Virus record (IMG/VR): IMGVR_UViG_3300009158_003015
Coordinates: 1 to 27,903 of that record
Length of the DNA: 27,903 nucleotides
Strand: one strand, 5' to 3'
From: a virus
Lineage: Duplodnaviria; Caudoviricetes
In this document: positions 1 to 7,184 of the stretch, one piece after another
Position numbering within the stretch: position 1 is the first letter of the stretch
Layout: each line of letters starts with the position of its first letter
Made by a program: the position numbers and the translations under genes
The notes under the pieces: model-generated
Told to the model about the DNA's origin: nothing
Database searches by the model: none
What the model saw: the letters and a program-made list of their open reading frames with translations, nothing else

Positions 1-931
1 CCTTTTTCTGAAGATTTTCCAAGGCTTTTGTTCCTGCCGCAGTGAGCTTGCGAGTACCTTCAATTTTCATGTACCCCTTTTGAAGCAAAAAGATTTCGGA
101 ATCTCGTTGCAATGCGGAACGACTCATACCAGTGATGGCCGACAACATATTCAGCGTGCAGTCTCCACGATCTTTAAGAGCGCGAAGAATTTGAATCTCA
201 GTGTTGTTTAAGCCAGATGGATTGATACCGATCTTATCGCACAAATCATTCCATTCTTTTGTCCCGAAGTCTTTGTTAGCTTTGGTCTCACAGTAAAGTT
301 CAATCTGCTTCGAGCGCTGAACCGCAGACCGGGCGTTACCACGAACAGTAGCAGCGATCTTTTCCAACACGTCACCTTTAAAGTTAATGTCGGGGAGAGA
401 CTTCTCTATGATCTTAGCAACATCCGAAATTGTGTACGGTTGAAAGTCCACAGGAGTGAGTCGATCTTTGAGAGGAGAGAACAGTTTGTCAGCCTCAGTA
501 GTCGCAAGCATAAAGCTTTGCAACTTGAAGTTAAACTCGTACATCCCATCGCGCCAATTGATTTGCTTAACATCTAACTTCTCAGTATTGAAAGCAGAAA
601 GAAGCACAGTCATTAAGTCTCTGGGGAGCGCGTGGCATTCATCTAGGAGCACCGTTACTTCGTTCCCTTGAATCACAGGAGCGAACACTTGCTCAAAGAA
701 CACTTGAGCGTTCTTGATAGTGCCGCAGTTGATTTCGAGGAACGCGCGAGGTGCGCCATCTTTCGCGTTAATGCCGCGCGCAGTTTCTTTCGCGAACTCA
801 GTCTTGCCCATTCCCTTTGCCCCTGTGAGTAGGAGAAAAGGAAACTTTTGTGTTTTTACATGAGCATCGAGGTAGAAGCCGAGCTTCTTCTTAACATCTT
901 CTTGTCCAACTAATTCAGCAAAGCGTTTCAT
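1..931 (-). CDS. ruvB: RuvB-like Holliday junction branch migration AAA+ ATPase (3' end runs off window)
   Basis: Not in the ORF track; translated by hand from ATG at 931: MKRFAELVGQEDVKKKL..LLLTGAKGMGKT (Walker A)..VLLDECHAL (Walker B)..LATTEADKLFSPLKDRL..VRGNARSA..C-terminal wHTH-like FLLQKGYM..GTRKLT. Open to position 1. Confidence 0.85.
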   Translation of the reverse strand, partial: MKRFAELVGQEDVKKKLGFYLDAHVKTQKFPFLLLTGAKGMGKTEFAKETARGINAKDGAPRAFLEINCGTIKNAQVFFEQVFAPVIQGNEVTVLLDECHALPRDLMTVLLSAFNTEKLDVKQINWRDGMYEFNFKLQSFMLATTEADKLFSPLKDRLTPVDFQPYTISDVAKIIEKSLPDINFKGDVLEKIAATVRGNARSAVQRSKQIELYCETKANKDFGTKEWNDLCDKIGINPSGLNNTEIQILRALKDRGDCTLNMLSAITGMSRSALQRDSEIFLLQKGYMKIEGTRKLTAAGTKALENLQKK

Positions 932-942
932 TTTAGTATAGG

Positions 943-1182
943 TTAGAGCTTAGTGATCTTGAATTCCACCTTGGGGGTAGAGGTTTCAACTTCACTTTCT
1001 TGAATCGTGCGCTGGACCGCTTGAATAGTCAAGCCCATTTTTTCGAGCCAAATGCGCGACACTGGAATCGCGCTGCTAGTGCCAACGAACTGGTCAAGGT
1101 CAGCAAGGCTCACATTGACAAAAGAGGTCGAGCCCGCAGGGCGACCCCGACCACGCTTAGTAACGGTAGATGTGTTATTCAT
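943..1182 (-). CDS. Small AT-hook (KRGRGRP) DNA-binding protein
   Basis: N-terminal TKRGRGRPAGS matches the AT-hook core RGRP; has its own promoter and lies directly upstream of ruvB. Confidence 0.6.
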   Translation of the reverse strand: MNNTSTVTKRGRGRPAGSTSFVNVSLADLDQFVGTSSAIPVSRIWLEKMGLTIQAVQRTIQESEVETSTPKVEFKITKL

Positions 1183-1190
1183 ACACGAGC

Positions 1191-1218
1191 AGATTAGGGA
1201 TTTTTAATCGCGCGTCAA
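1191..1218 (-). promoter_or_regulatory. sigma70-like promoter, probably leaderless
   Basis: TTGACG-16nt-TAATCT, then 8 nt to ATG at 1182; upstream T tracts may act as an UP element. Confidence 0.6.
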
Positions 1219-1239
1219 GCAATTTTCTGAAAAAAAATC

Positions 1240-1273
1240 AAAAAAAATCACCTCAAGGTTTCCCGAGAGGTGA
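1240..1273 (-). terminator. Rho-independent terminator
   Basis: Minus strand TCACCTC-TCGGGAAACCTT-GAGGTGA followed by T8, downstream of ORF 1326..1961. Confidence 0.75.
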
Positions 1274-1325
1274 CGTGAATTTTAATTAATTTTTAATCCG
1301 GCGAAGTTTGAGTATCTTTGCTGAT

Positions 1326-1961
1326 CTAACTTTCGGCTCGGGTTTCGGCTGAGGTTTCGGTTGCCACCTTGGGGGGTAGCGGCGAGGCAGCTGGGGCTGC
1401 GGTGGTGGTGGTGGGGGTAGGGTCTTCATGCAGTGCCTTCTTCTTAATGAAGAAGAAATATCCCGCAGTTAGGATGAACCCCAACATGCTTAACGCCACC
1501 AGAATGAAAGCAAAAACTGGGTGAACTGCGTTGGAACTGGAAAGTTTTTCGGGTGAAGCTACAGGGGCTAACTGGATAACATTTGCCGCAAGATTATCTG
1601 AGGGAAGCTGAACTGATTTTTTAATCTGGTTATCTATAGCTTCATTCAACTCCTTATTTGGTTGGGGCGCATTAGCGTTTGATTTTTTAATATTTAATAA
1701 TGTTTCGTTCGTCTTTTGAGTTACTAACATATTTAAATCTTTTTCTTTTACCATTACATAACTCTCAGCATTGAACGTTACTTGAGCTGGCTTATTTGGC
1801 GCAACTTCATTCACCTTTGGGTTATTTACGGGAATTGCTTTCGTGTTTGGAGTTATGAACATAGGAGCATTACTGCTTACTTTTTGCCCTTTACTATCTG
1901 TGCGGTTCATGCAACCAGATAAGAGAACAACCAAAGCTATATTTAGCGCGATCTTGTTCAT
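1326..1961 (-). CDS. Lipoprotein with C-terminal transmembrane helix (possible unimolecular spanin)
   Basis: Signal peptide with lipobox LLSG-C17; hydrophobic segment VFAFILVALSMLGFILTAGYFFFI followed by KKK; Pro/Thr/Ala-rich tail. Confidence 0.6.
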   Translation of the reverse strand: MNKIALNIALVVLLSGCMNRTDSKGQKVSSNAPMFITPNTKAIPVNNPKVNEVAPNKPAQVTFNAESYVMVKEKDLNMLVTQKTNETLLNIKKSNANAPQPNKELNEAIDNQIKKSVQLPSDNLAANVIQLAPVASPEKLSSSNAVHPVFAFILVALSMLGFILTAGYFFFIKKKALHEDPTPTTTTAAPAASPLPPKVATETSAETRAES

Positions 1962-1973
1962 GTTTGATCTTAT

Positions 1974-1979
1974 TTACAC
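1974..1979 (-). promoter_or_regulatory. GTGTAA candidate late-promoter motif
   Basis: GTGTAA 12 nt upstream of ATG 1961; same hexamer precedes ORFs starting at 9296, 12218 and 23699. Confidence 0.4.
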
Positions 1980-2159
1980 TAAAGCGCGCTCATAGTATAG
2001 GACCGTTAACTCTATTTTTGATCCCGGCTATGACCCGGATAACACTTAGGTTTTATAAAGCGCGCGTTATTAATGTTTTATAAAAGAGCATATTTAGCGC
2101 ATTATGGTTAATCTCTTATGTTCTTTTGAGTTTGCTAAGCTATTTTTTTGAAACGCGCC

Positions 2160-2384
2160 TTAAACGTCTATCGTATTCTTCTTAATAGTTTCTTTTACTG
2201 TTTTGCTAATCGAGTGCATCAGCAACAAATTTTCTCTATCTTCTAATAGTTTCTTTAGTGTCGTGTTAACGAAGCTGACGAACGTTACAACTGCTGTAAC
2301 CGCTGCCATAGCAGCAGCTAAGGGAACAATCACAACAATGAAATAAAACAAAATAAAGAGATAGCTTGAGATTCTAGGATGCAT
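2160..2384 (-). CDS. Hypothetical membrane protein
   Basis: 74 aa ORF with long hydrophobic N-terminal half; low-complexity context makes it uncertain. Confidence 0.4.
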   Translation of the reverse strand: MHPRISSYLFILFYFIVVIVPLAAAMAAVTAVVTFVSFVNTTLKKLLEDRENLLLMHSISKTVKETIKKNTIDV

Positions 2385-2583
2385 AATGAGATAAGCTGAA
2401 AGGTGAAAAGATTCGCTGGAAAATTATGAGAATGATTAAAAATTAATAAAAAATAGAGCCGAGCAAGGAGTGATTTAAATCTTCTTCTTTTTTAAATCGC
2501 TTTCTTTCTTATCTTCTCTCTTCTCTTCTTCTATCTATTCTTACGTATCTATCTTCTATATTTTTCCTACCCGACAGGTAAGA

Positions 2584-2612
2584 AACTTACCCCTATTTTT
2601 GTTAGGGGTCAA
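2584..2612 (-). promoter_or_regulatory. sigma70-like promoter containing an inverted repeat
   Basis: TTGACC-17nt-TAAGTT; the spacer region is the palindrome ACCCCTA-N7-TAGGGGT (2589..2609). Confidence 0.45.
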
Positions 2613-2857
2613 GCCTTTTTTTGGATCTTTCTTTTAGTAGTGAAAGATTGGGGCTTTTTCACTGCTATTCCGACCTTAGAATCCTTTAGTTTTTTCGATA
2701 GTTTTTCAGCTTCGAAACGATCCATTTCTCTTTGCAATATTTGACGCGATTCTCGTTCATTTTTCATATCGTTATTTAGCAACCAAACGAACACGAAAAC
2801 CACTCCAACAACCAGTAAAACTGGCATCACCGTATTTAATAAAAAATAAGTATTCAT
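2609..2857 (-). CDS. Hypothetical protein with N-terminal TM helix and basic tail
   Basis: 82 aa; one hydrophobic helix followed by a charged, Lys-rich region. Confidence 0.65.
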   Translation of the reverse strand: MNTYFLLNTVMPVLLVVGVVFVFVWLLNNDMKNERESRQILQREMDRFEAEKLSKKLKDSKVGIAVKKPQSFTTKRKIQKKA

Positions 2858-2913
2858 ATTTTAATAAGATTAGCCCTATTGTTTGCCCGCTCTTAAATTA
2901 CCAAGACTTGAGC

Positions 2914-2957
2914 AAATAAAAACCCCCAAACTAGTATTCAATTACCAATTTGGGGGC
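2914..2957 (-). terminator. Rho-independent terminator
   Basis: Minus strand GCCCCCAAATTGGT...ACTAGTTTGGGGGT stem followed by TTTTATTT, downstream of ORF 2983..3285. Confidence 0.75.
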
Positions 2958-2982
2958 GTTTCTAGGGATTTTTAATTACGTT

Positions 2983-3285
2983 TTATTCGACCACAGTGGT
3001 TTCGGAGCCTTTGGAGGCTTGAACCAAAGGAGCAATGAGGTTAAAGCCAGCCTTGAGAGCTTCATGCTCTTCAACAGTAACGTTGGCGCGAGTGTAAAGT
3101 TGGAAGAAGTTGTTGAGTGCAACGTCGGGGGCCAGCTTTGATTCGCTCTTGTTTGCAGGATTAGCTAATCCAGCGAGAACAATGAGGCTTTCCTTGAGAG
3201 CTTCGTGCTGCTCAGGAAGCAAGCGCGATTGACGATGAAGAGCGGCAAAATTTGCCAATGCTTGATCAGTAGTGATGTTATTCAT
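2983..3285 (-). CDS. Hypothetical protein made of two ~38 aa helical repeats
   Basis: DQALANFAALHRQSRLLPEQHEALKESL vs DVALNNFFQLYTRANVTVEEHEALKAGF; has its own promoter and terminator. Confidence 0.75.
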   Translation of the reverse strand: MNNITTDQALANFAALHRQSRLLPEQHEALKESLIVLAGLANPANKSESKLAPDVALNNFFQLYTRANVTVEEHEALKAGFNLIAPLVQASKGSETTVVE

Positions 3286-3294
3286 GATTTATAT

Positions 3295-3323
3295 ATATTA
3301 TGTTTTTACGGAAAATTTGTCAA
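3295..3323 (-). promoter_or_regulatory. sigma70-like promoter
   Basis: TTGACA-17nt-TAATAT, then 9 nt to ATG 3285. Confidence 0.7.
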
Positions 3324-3324
3324 C

Positions 3325-3876
3325 CTATTTCTTAAAGAATTTCAAACCATTTCTTTGGATTGATCTAAAAACGAAGTAAGGGAACCAAATGAACTTTGGA
3401 ATCTTTACGATCTTAACGTTATGAGCGTTGATAAGTAGGGGCTTTTCTCCATCCCATACTCTAACTACCACTTGGCTACCATCTGCGATTTTTACGTTCT
3501 CTATAACACCATTGCGGGTAGGTAGGGTAGATGGAGTCCAGTAGTTGTCGTACTGCCCAATTTCAATAGTGTAAGCGTCGCCTTTACGCCCAAATAAAAT
3601 GTTTTTTAAATACCAACCGTCAACACTTCCTTTGATAGTGATGCCATTTTTTAATGGGCAAAGATTCAAATCTTGGAAAATGTAATTTTTGCCGCGAACA
3701 ACGTCAATGCAATCTTCTTGCCCGCCGCAAACTGTAACTTCTTTTACTGAAACGTTCTCGCAGTTAGAGAACTTCATAACATCATCATAAATGCTTGGAG
3801 CTTCAGGATTGCCCCAAGAACCTATAACTAGATTTTTTTCTCCTACGTATGATTTAAAATTGATGTCTTGTTTCAC
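3325..3876 (-). CDS. Putative right-handed parallel beta-helix (pectin-lyase-like) protein
   Basis: Repeating strands such as DDVMKFSNCENVSVKEVTV, EDCIDVVRGKNYIFQDLNL, NGVIENVKI; GTG start. Confidence 0.5.
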   Translation of the reverse strand: MKQDINFKSYVGEKNLVIGSWGNPEAPSIYDDVMKFSNCENVSVKEVTVCGGQEDCIDVVRGKNYIFQDLNLCPLKNGITIKGSVDGWYLKNILFGRKGDAYTIEIGQYDNYWTPSTLPTRNGVIENVKIADGSQVVVRVWDGEKPLLINAHNVKIVKIPKFIWFPYFVFRSIQRNGLKFFKK

Positions 3877-3917
3877 AGTATATTTTAAATTAAATCAAAG
3901 CTTCTTCCACTTGGAAT

Positions 3918-4142
3918 CTAATTCGATTGTTGTTTTTGTTTCCATGTTAGATATTCGTTTTTATCATTAACTATGTAATGAAAGTCTTTTGTTTCTTCTG
4001 GGCGAATTTCAGTGAGAGCGGGAGACCCGCAGCATCCGCAGCCTTCAATCTTAACCCCATGTTTTTGTGACAAAATGGCGAGGTCGATTAAAAATTGATT
4101 AATATTCATTTCTGAATTGATTTTTTCTTGTGGGGCTTTCAT
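3918..4142 (-). CDS. Hypothetical phage protein (GCGCCGSP motif)
   Basis: 74 aa with Cys cluster KHGVKIEGCGCCGSP; has its own promoter. Confidence 0.7.
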   Translation of the reverse strand: MKAPQEKINSEMNINQFLIDLAILSQKHGVKIEGCGCCGSPALTEIRPEETKDFHYIVNDKNEYLTWKQKQQSN

Positions 4143-4149
4143 ATCGAAT

Positions 4150-4177
4150 AAATTAATTACTTTCCGCAGAATGTCAA
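4150..4177 (-). promoter_or_regulatory. sigma70-like promoter, probably leaderless
   Basis: TTGACA-16nt-TAATTT, then 7 nt to ATG 4142; the -35 box contains the TGA stop of the upstream ORF. Confidence 0.65.
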
Positions 4178-4416
4178 GAGCGATTCTTCATAAAGATTGT
4201 TCCACTCGTAATGTTCCCAAGCAAGCAATCATATGCATTAAATGCTCCTCTGGCCTTTTCTCTTTCACGGTCATCACGCAGCAAATCATTCATCAATAAA
4301 TGATTAAGATCACGCAGATGCCTTAGCCATTTGACCAATTTTACTTGATCAATCTTATATAGCGTATCAACAGGATCAATTTTTTGATCTTCCCATTTTT
4401 TTGTGTATTGGAACAT
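4174..4416 (-). CDS. Hypothetical protein
   Basis: Start moved to MFQYTKKW (4416), just after the stop of ORF 4419..4613, which removes the overlap. Confidence 0.6.
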   Translation of the reverse strand: MFQYTKKWEDQKIDPVDTLYKIDQVKLVKWLRHLRDLNHLLMNDLLRDDREREKARGAFNAYDCLLGNITSGTIFMKNRS

Positions 4417-4418
4417 AT

Positions 4419-4613
4419 TTATTCTTTTGTTAACCAGTTGTGAAACGCGCCAAATATATTGGAGAGCGTGTATATAAACCAAATCATTGGTCCAGCGACA
4501 ATCAACAATATGACTGATTTGTATCCTTTCACATCGTCCATCATTGCCATATAATAGATAAAACCAAAAACTGACCATAGTGTCAAAATTGCGTAAAGAA
4601 GCGGCGCGTTCAT
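4419..4613 (-). CDS. Small two-TM membrane protein
   Basis: 64 aa, two hydrophobic helices; ATGA overlap with the upstream ORF. Confidence 0.65.
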   Translation of the reverse strand: MNAPLLYAILTLWSVFGFIYYMAMMDDVKGYKSVILLIVAGPMIWFIYTLSNIFGAFHNWLTKE

Positions 4614-4783
4614 AATGTATTATAATAATCTTTCATTTTTTGTTGAGCAGTTTCTTTTGTATCGTATGGCCCATAACAATATTGACCATCTGCTTCATCC
4701 CAAAAATACCATCCGACACCGTTGTACCCTCGTTCAACAGCGTTGTCAAAGTATCCACTGGTCAAGTATTCTATGTTATTCAT
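4610..4783 (-). CDS. Hypothetical protein with GWYFW..YGP motif
   Basis: Start moved to MNNIEYL (4783); motif shared with ORF 22489..22809. Confidence 0.65.
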   Translation of the reverse strand: MNNIEYLTSGYFDNAVERGYNGVGWYFWDEADGQYCYGPYDTKETAQQKMKDYYNTL

Positions 4784-5126
4784 AGCAACCATCAATCTTA
4801 ATGCCATGTTTTTGCGACAGTTTCTCGAAAAATTTGATTTCACTTCGTTCTGACCCGTTAGTGAGAAGTGCGCGCTCTAACCGTTCCACTTTTCCTCTTA
4901 GGTCAGCCTCACGCTCCGCACCTTTTCCGAGAAGACGCGCTTGCTCTAAGCATTCCGCCTCGGCTTTCTCTGCGCGTTGCTTCCACAATTCACACCGACC
5001 CCGCACTTCATACAAGCACTTGTGGTCGTATTCATAGGCGCGCTTCAACCGCTCCACCTCAGCGATCAACTCGGCGACTTTTTCCTCTGCCGATATGAGG
5101 TTTTTACTGTGATTGGATAGATACAT
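4776..5126 (-). CDS. Coiled-coil hypothetical protein (GC-rich block)
   Basis: Heptad Glu/Ala/Arg-rich, contains RAEKAEAE; tiles with neighbouring ORFs. Confidence 0.65.
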   Translation of the reverse strand: MYLSNHSKNLISAEEKVAELIAEVERLKRAYEYDHKCLYEVRGRCELWKQRAEKAEAECLEQARLLGKGAEREADLRGKVERLERALLTNGSERSEIKFFEKLSQKHGIKIDGCYE

Positions 5127-5127
5127 A

Positions 5128-5409
5128 TTATTTGCCCTCCTTCATCGCCGCGTCAATGCTTGCGCGACTCACCGTGAGTCGCTCCGGTTCCCACTGCCAA
5201 TCTATGCCTGATGGCGTTTCGAGCCAGTCAAGCCGCGCCCGCTCAACGGCGAGTTCAGCCTCTAGCTCGGCATTTTTGCGCAAGAGTACAACCGCGTCTT
5301 GGATATTCTTCCCAATTTCCGCAGGGTGTGGCATCTCTAGCGTTTCGTCGCCGCGTCTCCATGCATTGTAATTTTGCAGGAATTTAATGATTTTGGTGGG
5401 CGTGCTCAT
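5128..5409 (-). CDS. Hypothetical protein (WRRG motif plus ERARLDWL..IDAAMK module)
   Basis: Start moved to MSTPTK (5409), giving an ATGA overlap and an upstream GGAG Shine-Dalgarno. Confidence 0.7.
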   Translation of the reverse strand: MSTPTKIIKFLQNYNAWRRGDETLEMPHPAEIGKNIQDAVVLLRKNAELEAELAVERARLDWLETPSGIDWQWEPERLTVSRASIDAAMKEGK

Positions 5410-5732
5410 TTCGTAATCTCCCATTCGCCAATCGTACGTAGGAAAGCCTCGGCGCGTTGCGCTGCACTAGCATGGCACGCATAGTAAATATCCACAACAT
5501 CTAATCCGCCCTCGGTATCTATATTCATAATTTTGCAAATTGATTTCCCATATTGGTATTTGTCCGTTAAATTCATTGTAGCCTCAGCTTCGTACATAGC
5601 GTTAAGGTCACTTAGGTAGTCGGGGCAATCTCTCAGTATCCCTTGCGGTGTTTTGTACAATGGTCCCCACTGATCTTTGCTTATGATCCCACACGCTTCC
5701 GCGATGGCGATTCGTTGTTTTTCGGGACTCAT
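5406..5732 (-). CDS. Hypothetical phage protein (possibly ABA-sandwich-like)
   Basis: IAIAEACG..PDYLSDLNAMYEAE..ASAAQRAEAFL pattern; ATGA coupling at both ends. Confidence 0.6.
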   Translation of the reverse strand: MSPEKQRIAIAEACGIISKDQWGPLYKTPQGILRDCPDYLSDLNAMYEAEATMNLTDKYQYGKSICKIMNIDTEGGLDVVDIYYACHASAAQRAEAFLRTIGEWEITK

Positions 5733-6475
5733 TTCTCGCCCCCCTTCATCGCTGCATCAATGGCTGCAACGCAGGCTTCAACCTGCTGCTCGTTGATTTT
5801 TCCTAGATCGTTCGGGTCGACGTAATACCCCTTTGGATACCATAACAACAGCTTGGTTTGTGCGGACTTGCACGCATCGAGCGCGACTTGCCTCAACCGC
5901 GCCCGCTCGGTGGAGAGTTCGCCCTCGGCTTTCATGGCTCGTTTCAACTCCTTGTTCCAATGAGTGAGGGCGACGGTTTCAGCGGCTTCGGCGCGTTCGG
6001 CGCGGTCTCGCCACTCGACCACCCTTTCGCCCTCGTGCAAAGCGCGGCTTCGCTCTTCGTCCCACGATGCTATCGCTATGGCTTCCCTCTGTTGTGCTGC
6101 CGCGAGTTGGTCGCGTAGCTGCCGCACCTCAAAAGCCGTGGGCTCGTCGCACGCCTCACAGGCTTTTTGTGCGGCGCGGAGGGTGGCGTTCTCGGCGCGG
6201 AGTTCATGCTCGACCTCGCACGCCCGCTGATAAATCGCATCGGTCCGCTCTGCTTCGGCCTTTTCGCGCTCTAGTCTATGGCTCACATTACGGTCCTGCG
6301 CTTGCGCCGTTGTTATGGCCAGCTTTTCAAACTCGGCGCGGAGCTGGTCGCGCTCGGCAGTGAGGGCCGCGAGTTCGCGTTCGAGCGTGCGGGCGAAATT
6401 TGGACAAACGGTGTTGTGACCTGCGGCGAAGGTCAGTTTTACCGCTGCGTCGGTGCGGGGTGTGGGTGTGTTCAT
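5729..6475 (-). CDS. Long coiled-coil hypothetical protein (TPRTDA N-terminus)
   Basis: Start moved to MNTPTPRTDAA (6475), ATGA overlap with ORF 6472..6669; repeated AERDQLRAE/RAERAEAAE heptads. Confidence 0.7.
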   Translation of the reverse strand: MNTPTPRTDAAVKLTFAAGHNTVCPNFARTLERELAALTAERDQLRAEFEKLAITTAQAQDRNVSHRLEREKAEAERTDAIYQRACEVEHELRAENATLRAAQKACEACDEPTAFEVRQLRDQLAAAQQREAIAIASWDEERSRALHEGERVVEWRDRAERAEAAETVALTHWNKELKRAMKAEGELSTERARLRQVALDACKSAQTKLLLWYPKGYYVDPNDLGKINEQQVEACVAAIDAAMKGGEK

Positions 6476-6669
6476 TTCGCGTCCTTCTTCATAGCTGCAA
6501 GGATCGCTGCGCGTATAGTTTTGTGCCCGCTCGTTGTATTGCGGCATGCAAAAACACAGTCCTGTACGTGAGGATAGTCGGTGGGGAGCTGCACCTTCCA
6601 GTCGTAGTAAGCTCCTTGTTGGTCGAGCCAATTAAGCATTGCTGTATCAGTGCGGGGCTTGTTACTCAT
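6472..6669 (-). CDS. Hypothetical protein (PRTD..LNWL..IRAAILAAMK)
   Basis: 65 aa; shares N- and C-terminal modules with neighbours. Confidence 0.65.
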   Translation of the reverse strand: MSNKPRTDTAMLNWLDQQGAYYDWKVQLPTDYPHVQDCVFACRNTTSGHKTIRAAILAAMKKDAK

Positions 6670-7163
6670 TATATGTTCTCCTTACCAATCAACGCTTCAA
6701 TAATCTTCTCTGCATTTTCCTGAAAAGAAGGGTAATGTAAAGTATTAAAAGAATTTCCATGCTTCTTGATAAACTTATCCCAATCTTTTTTCTCTTCAGC
6801 GGTCAAGCTAGTAGTGGAAGGGCGAGCTTCGCAAGCCTTACGAATAATGTCCACCAACTTGTCTTCCAGCAATCTAGCAGCAGCAGTGACGCGACTGTTA
6901 TCTGGAGAAACTTGTTGTCTAATGGAAGTACATCCATCCTTAATATGAACTAGCCAGAAACCATTTCTGAGTCCTTCATAGGCATAAGGGTCGTTCGTTG
7001 CAACAAATTTAGCTCCAACTTTACGGTACAAGCGGCCATCTTCTTTTAAAGCGGCTCGCGCTACAGAGTTATTTGTTTCAAATTTATAATTGAAAAGATT
7101 ACGATAGCGGTCAGCTTCGTTCTTCCAATATTCTACTGAGGAATCTTTTGTTAGCTTTGACAT
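6669..7163 (-). CDS. Hypothetical protein
   Basis: 164 aa ORF; TAATG overlap with the downstream ORF. Confidence 0.7.
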   Translation of the reverse strand: MSKLTKDSSVEYWKNEADRYRNLFNYKFETNNSVARAALKEDGRLYRKVGAKFVATNDPYAYEGLRNGFWLVHIKDGCTSIRQQVSPDNSRVTAAARLLEDKLVDIIRKACEARPSTTSLTAEEKKDWDKFIKKHGNSFNTLHYPSFQENAEKIIEALIGKENI

Positions 7164-7184
7164 AAATATTATTTTATTAATTGG

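Noticed and set aside
456-1197. Plus-strand ORFs 456..671 and 1000..1197
   Set aside because: Antisense shadows of ruvB and the AT-hook gene.
4801-6723. Many plus-strand and alternate-frame ORFs in the GC-rich block
   Set aside because: Expected from stop-codon scarcity at high GC; the minus-strand ORFs tile with ATGA overlaps and SD sites.
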